A stretch of DNA of 64,000 bases from Minisyncoccota bacterium. GTDB lineage: Bacteria > Patescibacteriota > Minisyncoccia > JAHIHE01 > JAGLIN01. Positions 18,910 through 29,561 of this stretch are shown here, one piece after another. A program made the position numbers and the translations under genes. The notes under the pieces were generated by a model. It searched no databases. It was not told the DNA's origin and saw nothing but the letters and a program-made list of their open reading frames with translations. Within the stretch, counting starts at the first letter, position 1, and the number at the start of each line of letters is the position of its first letter. Where the stretch lies: the NCBI GenBank assembly GCA_028690055.1, contig JAQVBZ010000004.1, forward strand, positions 1,855-65,854. The letters run 5' to 3'.

Positions 18910-20331
18910 TTATGCCTCTCTCAAGTCTATCTTATAAAGTTTGTTGTCGTTGCCGATTAAATATACCAAGTCTCCGTCGCCGAGATAGAAGATGCCTCGA
19001 CCGGAAGCATTGTCCGTCAGGTAGAAAGTGTTGCGGCCGTCGCGGCTGTCCAGCTCGGTGAATTTGAATGAATTGCTTTCTTGGTAGAGGAGATGTTCCT
19101 CGTCGGCGTAGACGTAGATATTACTGAGGGTGCCGCTGAAACGGGTGAGGAGTTCGTTTTCTCCTGCCGATTTGATCGGCTGGGAAGTTTTGTCTTCGAC
19201 ATAATATACCCAGATTTCATTATTGTTGTAATAGAGAATGCGCTGTCCTCTTTGGAAGAAGCGAGCGTCTTTTATCCCGGAATTTATTTTGCGCGTCTGG
19301 GCGTCACGGTCGATGAGGTAGAGTGTGTTATTGGAGAGCACAAGCAGCCTGCCTCCGTACCTTTGTAGAGAGAAGGCGGCTTTTTTGGTAAAGCCCTCGG
19401 GCATCAAGCTTATGCGCACGCTATATGTCGGATTGTCCAGATTGATAGAATAGAGGGCGGGAGTGATGGAAGTATCGTCGTCCTTGAAAAAGAAAAGTGT
19501 GCCTTGATAAACATAGAAATTGTTGATGCCTGTACCTACTTGCTCGATTTCTTTGTTGACATAGTCGAAAGAAAAGACGGCATTGTCCTTGCCGAAGATA
19601 ATGTAATGGTCGAACAGATAGACAGGGGTATCGGGGGTCCGGCTCAGGGTTTCGGCCACGTCAGTGGAAACGAGATAGACTCGGTTGCTGTCGCGCAGGT
19701 CGATGAGATAAAGGTTGGCGGTGGTTTCGATGGCGACACGTCCGTCATCTTCGGTCCACTTTACGTCCTGAATCTCTCCCATCAGAGAGAGTTGCGTCTC
19801 GTCGAGTACCAGGCTATACTTTTCGTCGCGGATATTTACCAAAAAGAGCCCGGACTCGACGCCTACTGTACCCTGAAAGAGCAGCTCGTTCTTGTTCGTG
19901 GCTATATAAGTTTTGCCGTCGATGGGGAGGGTCAGGTCGGGGAGCACCGGCGTATTTTCGTATTTATTCTTTAGAAGCACGATATTTTCATATTTGTCCA
20001 CCTGTCCGGACTTGATGGTCACGTTCTTCCGCCATTCGTTGAAGTTGTCTTGGTTAACTTTGATTTCGTAGGTCCTAGGCTCGAGATTTTCGATTTTGAC
20101 AAAAGCGGAAAGTACTCCGCCGAGGAAACCGTTGTTTTTAAAAATCTCGTCGTCTTTGTAAATAGTAGCGTCTCTGGGGGTCGTCCGCAGCACGATGGCG
20201 CCGGCTTGGAAACTTTCGCCCGTTTTCGGGTCGTAGTTATATCCGAAACTGTAATATAGCGTACCGGCCAGGATTAGAAAGAAAACGCTAATGCAAAGGT
20301 AAAAATACACCTTGAATTTTGAATCTTTCAT
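18910..20331 (-). CDS. Membrane-anchored PEGA-like domain protein with beta-rich C-terminus
   Basis: N-terminal TM, YSFGY, GAIVLRTTPRDATIY..LEPRTYEIKV..W.K, ELDSRDGRN. Confidence 0.75.
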   Translation of the reverse strand: MKDSKFKVYFYLCISVFFLILAGTLYYSFGYNYDPKTGESFQAGAIVLRTTPRDATIYKDDEIFKNNGFLGGVLSAFVKIENLEPRTYEIKVNQDNFNEWRKNVTIKSGQVDKYENIVLLKNKYENTPVLPDLTLPIDGKTYIATNKNELLFQGTVGVESGLFLVNIRDEKYSLVLDETQLSLMGEIQDVKWTEDDGRVAIETTANLYLIDLRDSNRVYLVSTDVAETLSRTPDTPVYLFDHYIIFGKDNAVFSFDYVNKEIEQVGTGINNFYVYQGTLFFFKDDDTSITPALYSINLDNPTYSVRISLMPEGFTKKAAFSLQRYGGRLLVLSNNTLYLIDRDAQTRKINSGIKDARFFQRGQRILYYNNNEIWVYYVEDKTSQPIKSAGENELLTRFSGTLSNIYVYADEEHLLYQESNSFKFTELDSRDGRNTFYLTDNASGRGIFYLGDGDLVYLIGNDNKLYKIDLREA

Positions 20332-20358
20332 TATAATAGTTAAGTTAGTTCTGTCTGC

Positions 20359-20409
20359 ATTCTACCAAATTTTAGCTAAATTGACAATCGGGGGTGTAAA
20401 AGATAGAAT
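20359..20409. promoter_or_regulatory. Back-to-back promoters with overlapping -35 boxes
   Basis: Plus: TTGACA(20381)-17-TAGAAT; minus: TTGTCA(20387-20382)-17-TAGAAT(20364-20359). Confidence 0.6.
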
Positions 20410-20498
20410 TAGATTATAGTCTTGATATTGTGGGGAGGTGTGAGGCTGTTTTTGGAGATGAAATATCGTAGTCACCTTCGCGAACTCACAATAGGTTA

Positions 20499-20598
20499 TG
20501 TCACTCCGTAGGTGCGCTACTGCGGACCGAAGGTGGAGCGAAGAATCTCGTTTTTGTGCGGGATATATCGGGTTTCTTCGGGGTACCTCAGAATGACA
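20499..20598. repeat. GTCA-tagged REPIN upstream of mreB
   Basis: TGTCACTCCG..GAGCGAAGAATC...TTCTTCG..CTCAGAATGACA. Confidence 0.7.
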
Positions 20599-20659
20599 GA
20601 TAATCGGGGTCTTACGCGGAATTTATGGAATAAATTTTGAATATTTTAAGTACAATCTT

Positions 20660-21667
20660 ATGTTTGTAAGGAAAATCGGAATAGATTTGGGTACGGCTAA
20701 TATCTTGGTGTTCGTACCGCAAAAAGGGGTTGTGGTGAACGAGCCTTCTGTGGTGGCTGTGTCGATAGCTGAGAATCGGATTTTGGCGGTGGGCAACGAG
20801 GCCAAGAAGATGCTTGGAAAGACTCCAGACAGTATTACGGCCAGTCGGCCTGTTCAGAACGGTGTTATCGCGGATTATCGCGTGACGGAGGCGATGATAA
20901 GATATTTTGTGGAGAAGGTGAGCGGTAAATTCCGCCTTTTTAAACCTGAGATAATTATTTCCGTTCCTGCCGGCATCACTTCCACTGAGCGGCGTGCGGT
21001 GATTGATGCTGCAATGCATGCCGGAGCTAAAGCGGCTTATGTCGTCAAGGAGCCTATTTTGGCGGCTATCGGTGCGGGTATCGCCATCAATACTCCCTGT
21101 GGAAATATGATTATCGATATCGGCGGGGGGACTTCCGAGGTGGCCGTTATATCTTTGGGCGGAATCGTAGCCTTTTCTTCGGTGCGCGTGGGCGGTGATA
21201 AATTCGACGAAGCTATCGCTGATTATATCCGCAAAAAGCACAACGTCTCAGTGGGAGACAGGAACGCGGAAGAGATCAAGATCAAGATCGGCAGTGCGTT
21301 GCCTCTGGAAGAAGACCAGTTTATGGAGATTCGCGGACGGGACCTCGTGAGCGGATTGCCCAAGACTATCCAGGTCAGTTCCAACGAAATCACGGAAGCG
21401 TTACGCGAAGAATTGCTGGAAGTGGTCAAGGCAGTAAAGAATGTTTTGCAGAAGACTCCCCCTGAACTTTCTTCCGACGTAATCGATCGGGGAATGGTGC
21501 TTTCCGGCGGCGGGGCGCTTTTGCGCAATCTGGACAAGCTTCTGTCCGAAGCGACTGGCGTGCCTTGCTATGTCGCTGACGATCCGCTTTTGTGCGTGGT
21601 GCGGGGAACGGGAATCGTGCTCGACAATCTCGATGTTTACAAACGTAATTTGATATCAAGAAAATAA
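20660..21667 (+). CDS. mreB: MreB/Mbl actin-like protein, stand-alone paralog
   Basis: GIDLGTAN, EPSVVA, DIGGGTSE, GGGALL. Confidence 0.95.
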   Translation: MFVRKIGIDLGTANILVFVPQKGVVVNEPSVVAVSIAENRILAVGNEAKKMLGKTPDSITASRPVQNGVIADYRVTEAMIRYFVEKVSGKFRLFKPEIIISVPAGITSTERRAVIDAAMHAGAKAAYVVKEPILAAIGAGIAINTPCGNMIIDIGGGTSEVAVISLGGIVAFSSVRVGGDKFDEAIADYIRKKHNVSVGDRNAEEIKIKIGSALPLEEDQFMEIRGRDLVSGLPKTIQVSSNEITEALREELLEVVKAVKNVLQKTPPELSSDVIDRGMVLSGGGALLRNLDKLLSEATGVPCYVADDPLLCVVRGTGIVLDNLDVYKRNLISRK

Positions 21668-21672
21668 TCTTT

Positions 21673-22770
21673 ATGAAAATAGGAATAGATATTTCACGCG
21701 TTTTTGTGAAGGAAGGAACCGGGACGGAAGAATATTCCCGTCAGCTTGTGACACATTTGGCGTCCATGGATACCGGCGCGGATAAATTTTTCCTGTATGT
21801 CAAAGAGGGGACAAAAATTGATTTTACATTGCCTTCGAATTTCTCTGTGCGAGAGGTTCGGGGCAATTTTCTTTGGACGCAATGGCATCTTGCGTGGGAG
21901 CTGTGGATTCATCCTGTCGATGTTTTTTTTGTGCTGGCGCACACCATACCGTTTTTGCATCCGAGGAAAAGCGTGGTGACTGTCCATGGCTTGGAATTTA
22001 AGAATTGTCCCGACTGTTATACTTGGAAACAGCGGAGGATTTTAGAAAGGGATACGAGGTTTTCAATAGCTTCCGCTGCAAAGATTATCGTACCTTCGGA
22101 AAATACCAAACGAGATATCGTGAAATTTTATAAAGTGCCGCTGGAAAAGATCAGTGTGGTATATCACGGCGCACCTGTTGTATCGGATATAGAGAAGAAA
22201 AATAATAGGGAAGTATTTAATATCCTGTTTGTGGGTAGGATGGAAAAGCGTAAGAATGTAGCGAGGATGGTCCGGGCTTTTGGAATGTTTATGCAGAAGA
22301 TGGAAGAATCGTCTCCGGGATGTGGAGAAAATGTGCGATTGATCCTGGCGGGCAAGGTCGGTTACGGCCACAAGGAAATCCAAAAAGAAATTACGAAATC
22401 CGCATATGGGAAAAATATTATAGAAAAAGGTTATGTTTCAGAAAAGGAGAAAGAGAAATTATACGCGGATGCAGATGTGTTTCTTTTCCCCTCGCTTGCC
22501 GAAGGTTTTGGTTTGCCGGTCTTAGAAGCGATGAGTTACGGCGTGTCGGTTGTTACTTCCCGCGAGACCGCACTTGCGGAGATTGCCGGTGATGCTGCGC
22601 TTCTGGTTGATCCTACGAGAGAAGAAGATATCGCGTATGCGCTTTGGAAGCTTTTTGTCAGCTTGGAGGAAGGAGAAAATCTGGTCCGTAAGGGATATGA
22701 AAATCTGCACAGATTCAGCTGGGAAAAGTGCGCGCGTGAGACACTGGATGTATTAAAGAAGTGGAAATAG
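21673..22770 (+). CDS. Glycosyltransferase family 4
   Basis: FVGR..KRKN, FPSLAEGFGLPVLEAM. Confidence 0.92.
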   Translation: MKIGIDISRVFVKEGTGTEEYSRQLVTHLASMDTGADKFFLYVKEGTKIDFTLPSNFSVREVRGNFLWTQWHLAWELWIHPVDVFFVLAHTIPFLHPRKSVVTVHGLEFKNCPDCYTWKQRRILERDTRFSIASAAKIIVPSENTKRDIVKFYKVPLEKISVVYHGAPVVSDIEKKNNREVFNILFVGRMEKRKNVARMVRAFGMFMQKMEESSPGCGENVRLILAGKVGYGHKEIQKEITKSAYGKNIIEKGYVSEKEKEKLYADADVFLFPSLAEGFGLPVLEAMSYGVSVVTSRETALAEIAGDAALLVDPTREEDIAYALWKLFVSLEEGENLVRKGYENLHRFSWEKCARETLDVLKKWK

Positions 22771-22817
22771 GTACTATTTGAAAAATGCGGAAGGAAAAAT
22801 GGCTGGGGATTGTTTAT

Positions 22818-22860
22818 CCCCCCCCTCACCCCGACCCTCTCCCGATGGGCGAGGGAGAAA
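22818..22860. repeat. CCCCTCACCCC REP
   Basis: CCCCTCACCCCGACCCTCTCCCGATGGGCGAGGGAGAA. Confidence 0.85.
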
Positions 22861-22907
22861 TGCAATGCGACGCTCCTTTATTAAATATAATTCGAATAGG
22901 TAGATTT

Positions 22908-23447
22908 ATGATTCAAATTACTTACTTTGTTCATGGAACAACTATAGATAACCAAAAAGAAATATCGTCGGGCTGGAACGATGTCGATCTTTCTGAATTA
23001 GGAGTAGAACAATCTATCAAGCTTAAAGAACAGATAACAGATAAAAATTTTGATGTTGTTTTTTGTTCTGACCTGAAAAGGGCTTATGAATCTGCGCGAC
23101 TTACTTTTGAAGATAGTTTAGATATTGTTCAGGATAAAAGATTACGAGAGTGCAACTACGGTAAATATAATGCCAAGCCATCGGCTATCGTTGAGCCGAT
23201 GCAAGAAAAAATGATTTATGATAGATTTCCGGATGGTGAAAGTTATGAAGATGTAAAAATAAGGATGTCCGACTTTCTTGATTTCTTGAGGGAAAAATTT
23301 GATGGCAAAAATATTGCTATCGTTGCTCATAAAGCCCCACAGCTTGCCCTTGATGTTTTATTGAAAAATAAGAACTGGGAACAGGCGTTTGCAGATGATT
23401 GGAGAAAAGCAAAGTCTTGGAAGCCGGGATGGGAATATGAGATTTAG
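22908..23447 (+). CDS. Histidine phosphatase family protein
   Basis: VHG (RHG variant), SDLKRA, LRECNYG, PDGES, IVAH; start moved downstream of the REP. Confidence 0.85.
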   Translation: MIQITYFVHGTTIDNQKEISSGWNDVDLSELGVEQSIKLKEQITDKNFDVVFCSDLKRAYESARLTFEDSLDIVQDKRLRECNYGKYNAKPSAIVEPMQEKMIYDRFPDGESYEDVKIRMSDFLDFLREKFDGKNIAIVAHKAPQLALDVLLKNKNWEQAFADDWRKAKSWKPGWEYEI

Positions 23448-23461
23448 TCGGGGGTAAAGTG

Positions 23462-23616
23462 TGTCATTCCCGCCCTTGCTGTGGTAAGGATAAGCTCCAG
23501 TGGGAATAATCTAGTATAGATATGTCATTCCCGAGACTATGCAGATAAAACACAATATAACGCCCGTGAATTATAGTAACGGGATCGCCACGTCGGGGCA
23601 CCTTCTCGCAATGACA
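23462..23616. repeat. GTCA half element (23462-23510) and chimeric REPIN (23523-23616)
   Basis: Half matches the left cap at 63477; second element ends GATCGCCACGTC..CTCGCAATGACA. Confidence 0.75.
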
Positions 23617-23745
23617 AAAACAAATCGAATCAGGCATTGAGTGATGTTGAGGACTAAAGTGTCTTGGTCGGCAATTAAAACCGGGGATTCTGTCGAGACT
23701 ATCACCTTAATGGTTGGAATAATCCGTATTTAAATATTTAATATA

Positions 23746-24885
23746 ATGGAAAGCCCGAAAGAATTGAGCAAGCCGAAGGTCGCTATTGTCCACGATTTTC
23801 TTACTTATTGGGGCGGAGCGGAACAGGTTCTGTTATCTTTGCACCATATTTACCCCGACGCGCCGATTTATACCCTGCTTTACGATAAGAAGATGGACGA
23901 ATATTTTCCAAACGCGCGCATACGGGTTTCTTTTTTGGGCAAGTTGCCGAATTTTTTGAAAAAGCGAAAAAAATTTATGCTGCCCCTTCTTCCGACGGCG
24001 GCGGAGACTTTCGATTTGAGCGGATTCGATCTCGTCATTTCCAGTTCCGGGTCTTTTGCCAAAGGTGTAATCGTGAAGCCGCGGACACTGCACGTTTCAT
24101 ACTGCCACGCTCCGACGCGATTTCTCTGGGACTGGTACCAGAATTATTTGAAAGAGAACCATGTCGGAAAAATTAAAAAGTTGCTCGTGGTTCCCGTTTT
24201 GCACCTGATTCGGATATGGGATCGCAGCGCTTCGGAGCGGGTCGATTTTTATGTTGCCAATTCGCGAAATACAGCGCTTCGGATCAAGAAATTTTATGGG
24301 CGCGACAGTAAAGTGATCTATCCGCCGGTTGACTTCAAGAAATTCAATGAAATGAAAAATCTGCCGAGTGTGCCGGAGAAAGATTATTATCTCATAGTCT
24401 CGCGCCTCAGCCCTTACAAAAAAATCGATATCGCAATCACCGCTTTTAACAAGATGAATCTGCCTCTCGTCATCATCGGCGAAGGGGGAGATCGTAAGCG
24501 ATTGGGGAAAATGGCGGAGAATAATATCACGTTTGCGGGTTTCCAAGACGAGAAGCATTTGGCGGCATATTATGAGGGAGCCAAGGCGGTGATTTTCCCC
24601 GGCGAGGATGATTTTGGCATTACTATTGTGGAGGCGATGTCCTTCGGCAAGCCGGTACTGGCTTATGCTCGCGGTGGCGCGCTGGAGACGGTTACCCCGG
24701 GGAAGACAGGCGAACTCTTCGCAAGTGAGGTGCCGGAAATATTGGCGGATGGAGTGAGAAGGATGAGCCGGAATATGGAAAAATATAATACTCAAGAAAT
24801 AAAAGCATTTGCGGAGAAATTTTCTCGGGAGAATTTCGAGAAGAGATTCAAGGAGTTTGTCGATGAGGCACGCCGGCGGGAGTAG
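23746..24885 (+). CDS. Glycosyltransferase family 4
   Basis: VHDFL..WGGAE, YCHAPTR, SRLSPYK, EDFG-like EDDFGITIVEAM. Confidence 0.92.
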   Translation: MESPKELSKPKVAIVHDFLTYWGGAEQVLLSLHHIYPDAPIYTLLYDKKMDEYFPNARIRVSFLGKLPNFLKKRKKFMLPLLPTAAETFDLSGFDLVISSSGSFAKGVIVKPRTLHVSYCHAPTRFLWDWYQNYLKENHVGKIKKLLVVPVLHLIRIWDRSASERVDFYVANSRNTALRIKKFYGRDSKVIYPPVDFKKFNEMKNLPSVPEKDYYLIVSRLSPYKKIDIAITAFNKMNLPLVIIGEGGDRKRLGKMAENNITFAGFQDEKHLAAYYEGAKAVIFPGEDDFGITIVEAMSFGKPVLAYARGGALETVTPGKTGELFASEVPEILADGVRRMSRNMEKYNTQEIKAFAEKFSRENFEKRFKEFVDEARRRE

Positions 24886-24914
24886 AATCTTTTATTGAAA
24901 GCTGGGGGCAATCG

Positions 24915-25171
24915 TGTTATTGCGAGGAGGTACTACAATATAGCCTGTCCTCGCGGAGGCGGGGACGGCAATCCCGATATTATGTGGGAAAACTTAATAT
25001 AAGGAATAATCTTGTACCCCCACCCCGCCCCTCTCCCGATGGGAGAGGGGATGTGTTTGCTTTTGTGTTGTTTGCAGAGACGCGATGTATCGTGTCTGAT
25101 GTTTCAGTGAAAATATACCAAGCCGTTATGTTTGTATTTTTTTAAAAGGGCACAAGATATTGTGCCCTTAC
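24915..25171. repeat. Mixed REP cluster, four families in about 260 bp
   Basis: GTTATTGCGAGGAG..GGCAATCCC (24915-24975), CCCC REP (25017-25050), GAGACGCGATGTATCGTGTCT (25074-25098), GGGCACAAGATATTGTGCCC (25147-25171). Confidence 0.8.
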
Positions 25172-25233
25172 GACTATAAAAGGTTTGATTCCAGAGCCTA
25201 AATATGGTAACCTAAATATATAAGGACAAAAAT

Positions 25234-26136
25234 ATGATTGCGGAAAGAGAATTTGTTGGTAATACGAAAATCGTCCGTTATTTGGACAAGGTCCTGGAAA
25301 AGGGCTGTGTTTCGCATGCTTATCTTTTTGAGGGGCCGGAGCGTGTCGGTAAGATGACTATGGCGCTTGCTTTTGCCGCTGAATTATTGCAGGACACTTC
25401 GTCTGATGTGCTTGCGAATCCTGACCTGGTCCATATCTATCCCGATGAGGAGAAAAAACAGATCAGTGTGGAAGCGATGCGAGGTATGCAGAAAAGTCTC
25501 AGCTATTTTCCTCTAAAGGCTCCGTACAAGGTGGTGATCATTGAAAAGGTCGAGATGCTAGGTCCGTCGGGAGCAAACTCGATTCTCAAGACGCTTGAGG
25601 AGCCGGGGGCGACTTCGGTGATTATTTTGGTGGCGTCGGATATGAAAAAAATCCTTGCTACGATAAAATCCCGGTGTCAGGTTTTGAATTTTAATGCGGC
25701 CTTCGGACCGGAATTGCGGGAATTTCTGCTCCGTAAGGGTCCGCATGCCGATATCGATGAGATTTTGGAGCTGTCGCAAGGCAGACCCGGAATGGCAATC
25801 GGCCTGTTGGAGGATGCCGAGCTTCTACAAGAGGCGAAGGCGGAGAAGGCGAGGGTGCTGGAGCTTTTTTATCAGGGTAATTACGCAAGAATGGAAAGTG
25901 CGAGCCATATATATGGGTTGGAAAAAGAAGAAGCAGCTGCAGTTTTGAATGGGTGGATAGTTACTCTCCGGTCGGAACTTCTGAAAAGCTTTGCAGAAAC
26001 GGGGGTGGGTACTCAAGAGAAAAAAGAGAAAATGAAAGCTGCCATTGAAAAGACGATGTTGACACGTGAAGATATTTTGGAAAGAAATGTAAATCTCAAA
26101 CTTGCGATAGAGAATTTAGTCTTAAACTTTAAATAA
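25234..26136 (+). CDS. holB: DNA polymerase III delta-prime subunit
   Basis: HAYLFEGP..VGK, ANPD, ANSILKTLEEP, TIKSRC. Confidence 0.9.
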   Translation: MIAEREFVGNTKIVRYLDKVLEKGCVSHAYLFEGPERVGKMTMALAFAAELLQDTSSDVLANPDLVHIYPDEEKKQISVEAMRGMQKSLSYFPLKAPYKVVIIEKVEMLGPSGANSILKTLEEPGATSVIILVASDMKKILATIKSRCQVLNFNAAFGPELREFLLRKGPHADIDEILELSQGRPGMAIGLLEDAELLQEAKAEKARVLELFYQGNYARMESASHIYGLEKEEAAAVLNGWIVTLRSELLKSFAETGVGTQEKKEKMKAAIEKTMLTREDILERNVNLKLAIENLVLNFK

Positions 26137-26147
26137 TTATTATTCTT

Positions 26148-27284
26148 ATGCCAAGTAAAACAAAAAAAATATTTCTGGTGGGCATGCTTTCTTTGGTTAC
26201 GGTTTCTTTTTCCGGTTGTCTGGGAATTTCGACGAACAGTACCGGTACTGCGGCACAGAGGAATGATAGTCAGGGAGTTTTTAAGACTACCGACGGCGGC
26301 AAGACCTGGGCGCAAAAAGTCTCTATCGACGGGCAGCCGGAATTTATGTTGGATCAGGTCCAGACCGTAAGTATTGCCATCGATCCGGACAATACCCAAA
26401 TTCTTTATCTCGGGACTATGGGCAACGGCATGTACAAGACGGAAAACGGTGCTGACTCTTGGCACGCTCTCGGCGACCAGAACGGTAAATTCCGGAACAC
26501 CGCTTCGGTCTATGATATTGAAGTGGAGCAAGGCAATCCGAGCATCGTCTATGCCGCGACACTGAATGACAATCGCGGGGTGCTGATGAAGACGGAGGAT
26601 GGCGGCAACAGCTGGACGGAAAGCTATATCAGTACGGAGCCGGGCAAGCCCATCAGGCGGGTCCAGGTAGACCCGGTACAGAAGAATATCGTGTATATCA
26701 GTACGGATCAGGGAGGATTTTTGAAAAGCACGGATCGGGGGCACAGTTGGCAGAAAATCAAATGGTTCCAGACAGGTGTAAGAGATTTCGTGGTGGATTA
26801 TACCAATAACAAAGGAATCATCCTTATGTCGCATAAGGGGCTGTACAAGACTACTGACGGCGGTGTCGATGAAGAGAAGAGTTGGCAGAATCTTACTCCG
26901 GCACTCACAAAGTTTTTGAATATACGACAGGCCACGGTGGAGCAGATTACGTCTCTTTCCATCGACAATCAGAACCCGCTAGTGATTTATATTACATATG
27001 ATAATTTTATCTTTGTATCTCGCGACGGCGGACTGACTTGGGACACATTGAATACTATCACTCCTACATTATCTTCCGCCTCCAATAACGTGCCGGAAAT
27101 CAAGAAGATCGGGCTGATGAACGGCACTATATATTACGGCGCCGGCAACGCGCTCTATAGGAGCGATGACAAAGGAGTATCCTGGGCAAGTTTTGACATA
27201 CCTATCCTGGGTGATGTAAAATATACTGTCAGTGACCCTAAAGATTTGAATATTATCTACGTGGGCGCACTGTACGTGAAATAA
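26148..27284 (+). CDS. Lipoprotein with BNR/Asp-box beta-propeller (YCF48/VPS10-like)
   Basis: Lipobox FSGC; repeated T/S.DGG.T/SW boxes. Confidence 0.8.
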   Translation: MPSKTKKIFLVGMLSLVTVSFSGCLGISTNSTGTAAQRNDSQGVFKTTDGGKTWAQKVSIDGQPEFMLDQVQTVSIAIDPDNTQILYLGTMGNGMYKTENGADSWHALGDQNGKFRNTASVYDIEVEQGNPSIVYAATLNDNRGVLMKTEDGGNSWTESYISTEPGKPIRRVQVDPVQKNIVYISTDQGGFLKSTDRGHSWQKIKWFQTGVRDFVVDYTNNKGIILMSHKGLYKTTDGGVDEEKSWQNLTPALTKFLNIRQATVEQITSLSIDNQNPLVIYITYDNFIFVSRDGGLTWDTLNTITPTLSSASNNVPEIKKIGLMNGTIYYGAGNALYRSDDKGVSWASFDIPILGDVKYTVSDPKDLNIIYVGALYVK

Positions 27285-27310
27285 ATTTATCAATAATTTT
27301 GAATAATCAT

Positions 27311-27850
27311 ATGAATTTACAAGAAGACCTGGAAAAGAACATGAATTTTTTCAAGAGCGAGATTGCATCACTTAGTATCGGTCGTGCTACTCCGTACTTG
27401 GTCGAGGATGTGACTGTCGACTATTACGGTACACCGACTCCGCTCAAGCAGGTAGCCACGATCGGAATTCCCGATTCGCGTACCATCACTATCCAGCCTT
27501 TTGACAGATCGATTCTCAAGGATATCGAGAAGGCAATTAATCTGGCGCAGCTGGGGCTCAATCCGGGCAATAACGGGGAAATGATCCGTATCGCGGTGCC
27601 GCAGCCGACCGAAGAAAGAAGAAAGGATTTGGCGAAGCTTTTAAACAAGATTTTGGAGAATGCCCGTGTCGGGGTGCGTAGTGCGCGCGAGGAAGCGATG
27701 AAAGAAATCAAGAATGCGGAAAAGAACGGCGAAATCGGCGAGGACGACCGCTTCACGCAGCAGGAAGAAATCCAGAAGCTGGTCAATGATGCCAACTCGA
27801 AACTTGAGGAAGAATCAAAAAAGAAAGAAGCTGAAATATTAACCGTATAA
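27311..27850 (+). CDS. frr: Ribosome recycling factor
   Basis: GRATP, VDYYG, IQPFD, TEERRKDLAK. Confidence 0.95.
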   Translation: MNLQEDLEKNMNFFKSEIASLSIGRATPYLVEDVTVDYYGTPTPLKQVATIGIPDSRTITIQPFDRSILKDIEKAINLAQLGLNPGNNGEMIRIAVPQPTEERRKDLAKLLNKILENARVGVRSAREEAMKEIKNAEKNGEIGEDDRFTQQEEIQKLVNDANSKLEEESKKKEAEILTV

Positions 27851-27932
27851 GAGGGTAGCTGGATGTGATCGATAATTTTTGTAAAGATTCCGGGTATTCT
27901 GATTGTCGTCGCGGTGCTTCCTCCGCGCAATT

Positions 27933-28225
27933 ATACAAGCTTAATAATTCTCTGACAGAATGTTAATTGAAACAAATACACGCTAAGTTTGTCATCCCGA
28001 AAGGCGTACTCGCCTGAGGGATCTGGGAAATATATTAGCTATTGTGAATATTATCTATAAAGATAACTTTATTATCGAATATGATGTCTTTCCCGGATTC
28101 CGGGGGGGGCGCAGAGGGCACAAGATATTGTGCCCCTACAATTCGGAATGACGAAATATATTTGGTTTTTAAAGCACAAAAGTATCTATTCTGTTAAGAA
28201 TGTCAGTAAATTATTAAACTTGTAC
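27933..28225 (+). mobile_element. 293-bp nested composite element (TIR shell > GTCA REPIN > GTAG REP), copy 1
   Basis: Outer TIR TACAAGCTTAATAATTCTCTGACA / TGTCAGTAAATTATTAAACTTGTA; inner 27989-28152; GTAG REP 28115-28139. Confidence 0.85.
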
Positions 28226-28283
28226 GGCAATAAAAATCATCGCGGGCTTTCGAAGACGGGGTTATAAAATATAAAAAATAAAC

Positions 28284-29390
28284 ATGACAATTTCCACCAT
28301 AATAATTTTTCTTCTGGTTCTAGGCGTAATCGTTTTTATTCACGAGCTCGGGCATTTTATGACGGCCAAATATTTTGGCGTCAAGGTCGACGAGTTCGGT
28401 TTGGGTTTTCCGCCGAAAATCTACGGCAAGAAAAAAGGGGAGACGGAATACACTCTCAACTGGATTCCCCTCGGGGGGTTTGTCAAAATTGCCGGAGAAG
28501 ATGGCGAGAACCGCGACGATCCCCGCAACTTCGGCGCCAAGCCGGTATGGCAGCGGGCGATCATCCTTTCGGCCGGAGTTATTATGAATTTTGTTTTGGC
28601 GATAGTCATTTTCAGCGCTATCTTTATGTCTGGTTTTCCGACCGATGTTACCGGCGTTGATAAAGCCGAACTTCCTGCGGGAACGGAGAGCTACGTCCAG
28701 ATAACTGGTATTTCCGAAGGCAGCCCGGCAGAAGATGCTGGCATTATGGCGGGAGATAAAATATTGAAAGCGGGGGAGAACGAAGTATATGGCGTGGAAG
28801 ATCTGCAAAATTATACGGCAGAGAATCAAGGCGTGAATGTGACACTTACCCTCAATCGGCAAGGAGAAACGATTCAAAAAGAAGTTTTTTCCAGAGAGAA
28901 TGGCAATGGGCAGGGGGCAATCGGTGTATCTCTATCTGAAGTTGCAATCATTTCTTATTCTCCGCTGGAGGCTATCAAGGCGGGATTTGTTCACACGAAG
29001 GATCTTACCGTCTATATCTTGCAATATCTCAAACAGACGCTTTATGAACTTTTCACCACCGGCGGGACTACCACTGATGTTTCCGGTCCGATCGGGATGG
29101 TATCGATGACACAGCAAGCGGCGCAGATGGGGTTTGTTGTCCTCTTGAATTTTATGGCCCTTATCAGTGTCAACTTGGGTATCGTTAATATTCTGCCCCT
29201 GCCGGCACTGGACGGCGGGCGAATAGTATTCCTCCTCATCGAGAAGATAAAAAAATCACCTGTGAGTACGGAATTCGAAGCTAAGATTCACAATGCGGGA
29301 TTTATGATGCTGATGCTACTGATGCTGGTTGTGACCGTAAAAGATATCGCGAAGCTGGGAGTGTGGGGGAAGATAATGGGAATGTTTTAA
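28284..29390 (+). CDS. rseP: RIP metalloprotease RseP
   Basis: HELGH, PLGGFV, PDZ domain, NILPLPALDGG. Confidence 0.95.
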   Translation: MTISTIIIFLLVLGVIVFIHELGHFMTAKYFGVKVDEFGLGFPPKIYGKKKGETEYTLNWIPLGGFVKIAGEDGENRDDPRNFGAKPVWQRAIILSAGVIMNFVLAIVIFSAIFMSGFPTDVTGVDKAELPAGTESYVQITGISEGSPAEDAGIMAGDKILKAGENEVYGVEDLQNYTAENQGVNVTLTLNRQGETIQKEVFSRENGNGQGAIGVSLSEVAIISYSPLEAIKAGFVHTKDLTVYILQYLKQTLYELFTTGGTTTDVSGPIGMVSMTQQAAQMGFVVLLNFMALISVNLGIVNILPLPALDGGRIVFLLIEKIKKSPVSTEFEAKIHNAGFMMLMLLMLVVTVKDIAKLGVWGKIMGMF

Positions 29391-29417
29391 TCTTATAGAA
29401 GGTAATCATTCGTAGTC

Positions 29418-29465
29418 CTTGTCTGTCATTCCGGAATTTCGCTTCGGCGAAATATCCGGAATCCC
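29418..29465. repeat. Solo GTCA cap
   Basis: CTTGTCTGTCATTCCGGAATTTCGCTTCGGCGAAATATCCGGAATCC; relative at 59303-59348 (reverse). Confidence 0.75.
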
Positions 29466-29561
29466 TGTATAAAAGGCAATAAACGCTTGGAGCTAGGTTG
29501 ATTAAATAAAAAAAGACCGCATCGGTTAGATTTGGTCATGCAAATTGCAAACTTGTTTTTT

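Noticed and set aside
22785-22907. N-terminal extension of the histidine phosphatase containing PPHPDPLPMGEG
   Set aside because: It is the REP read in frame; the domain starts at ATG 22908 and nothing supports the upstream start.
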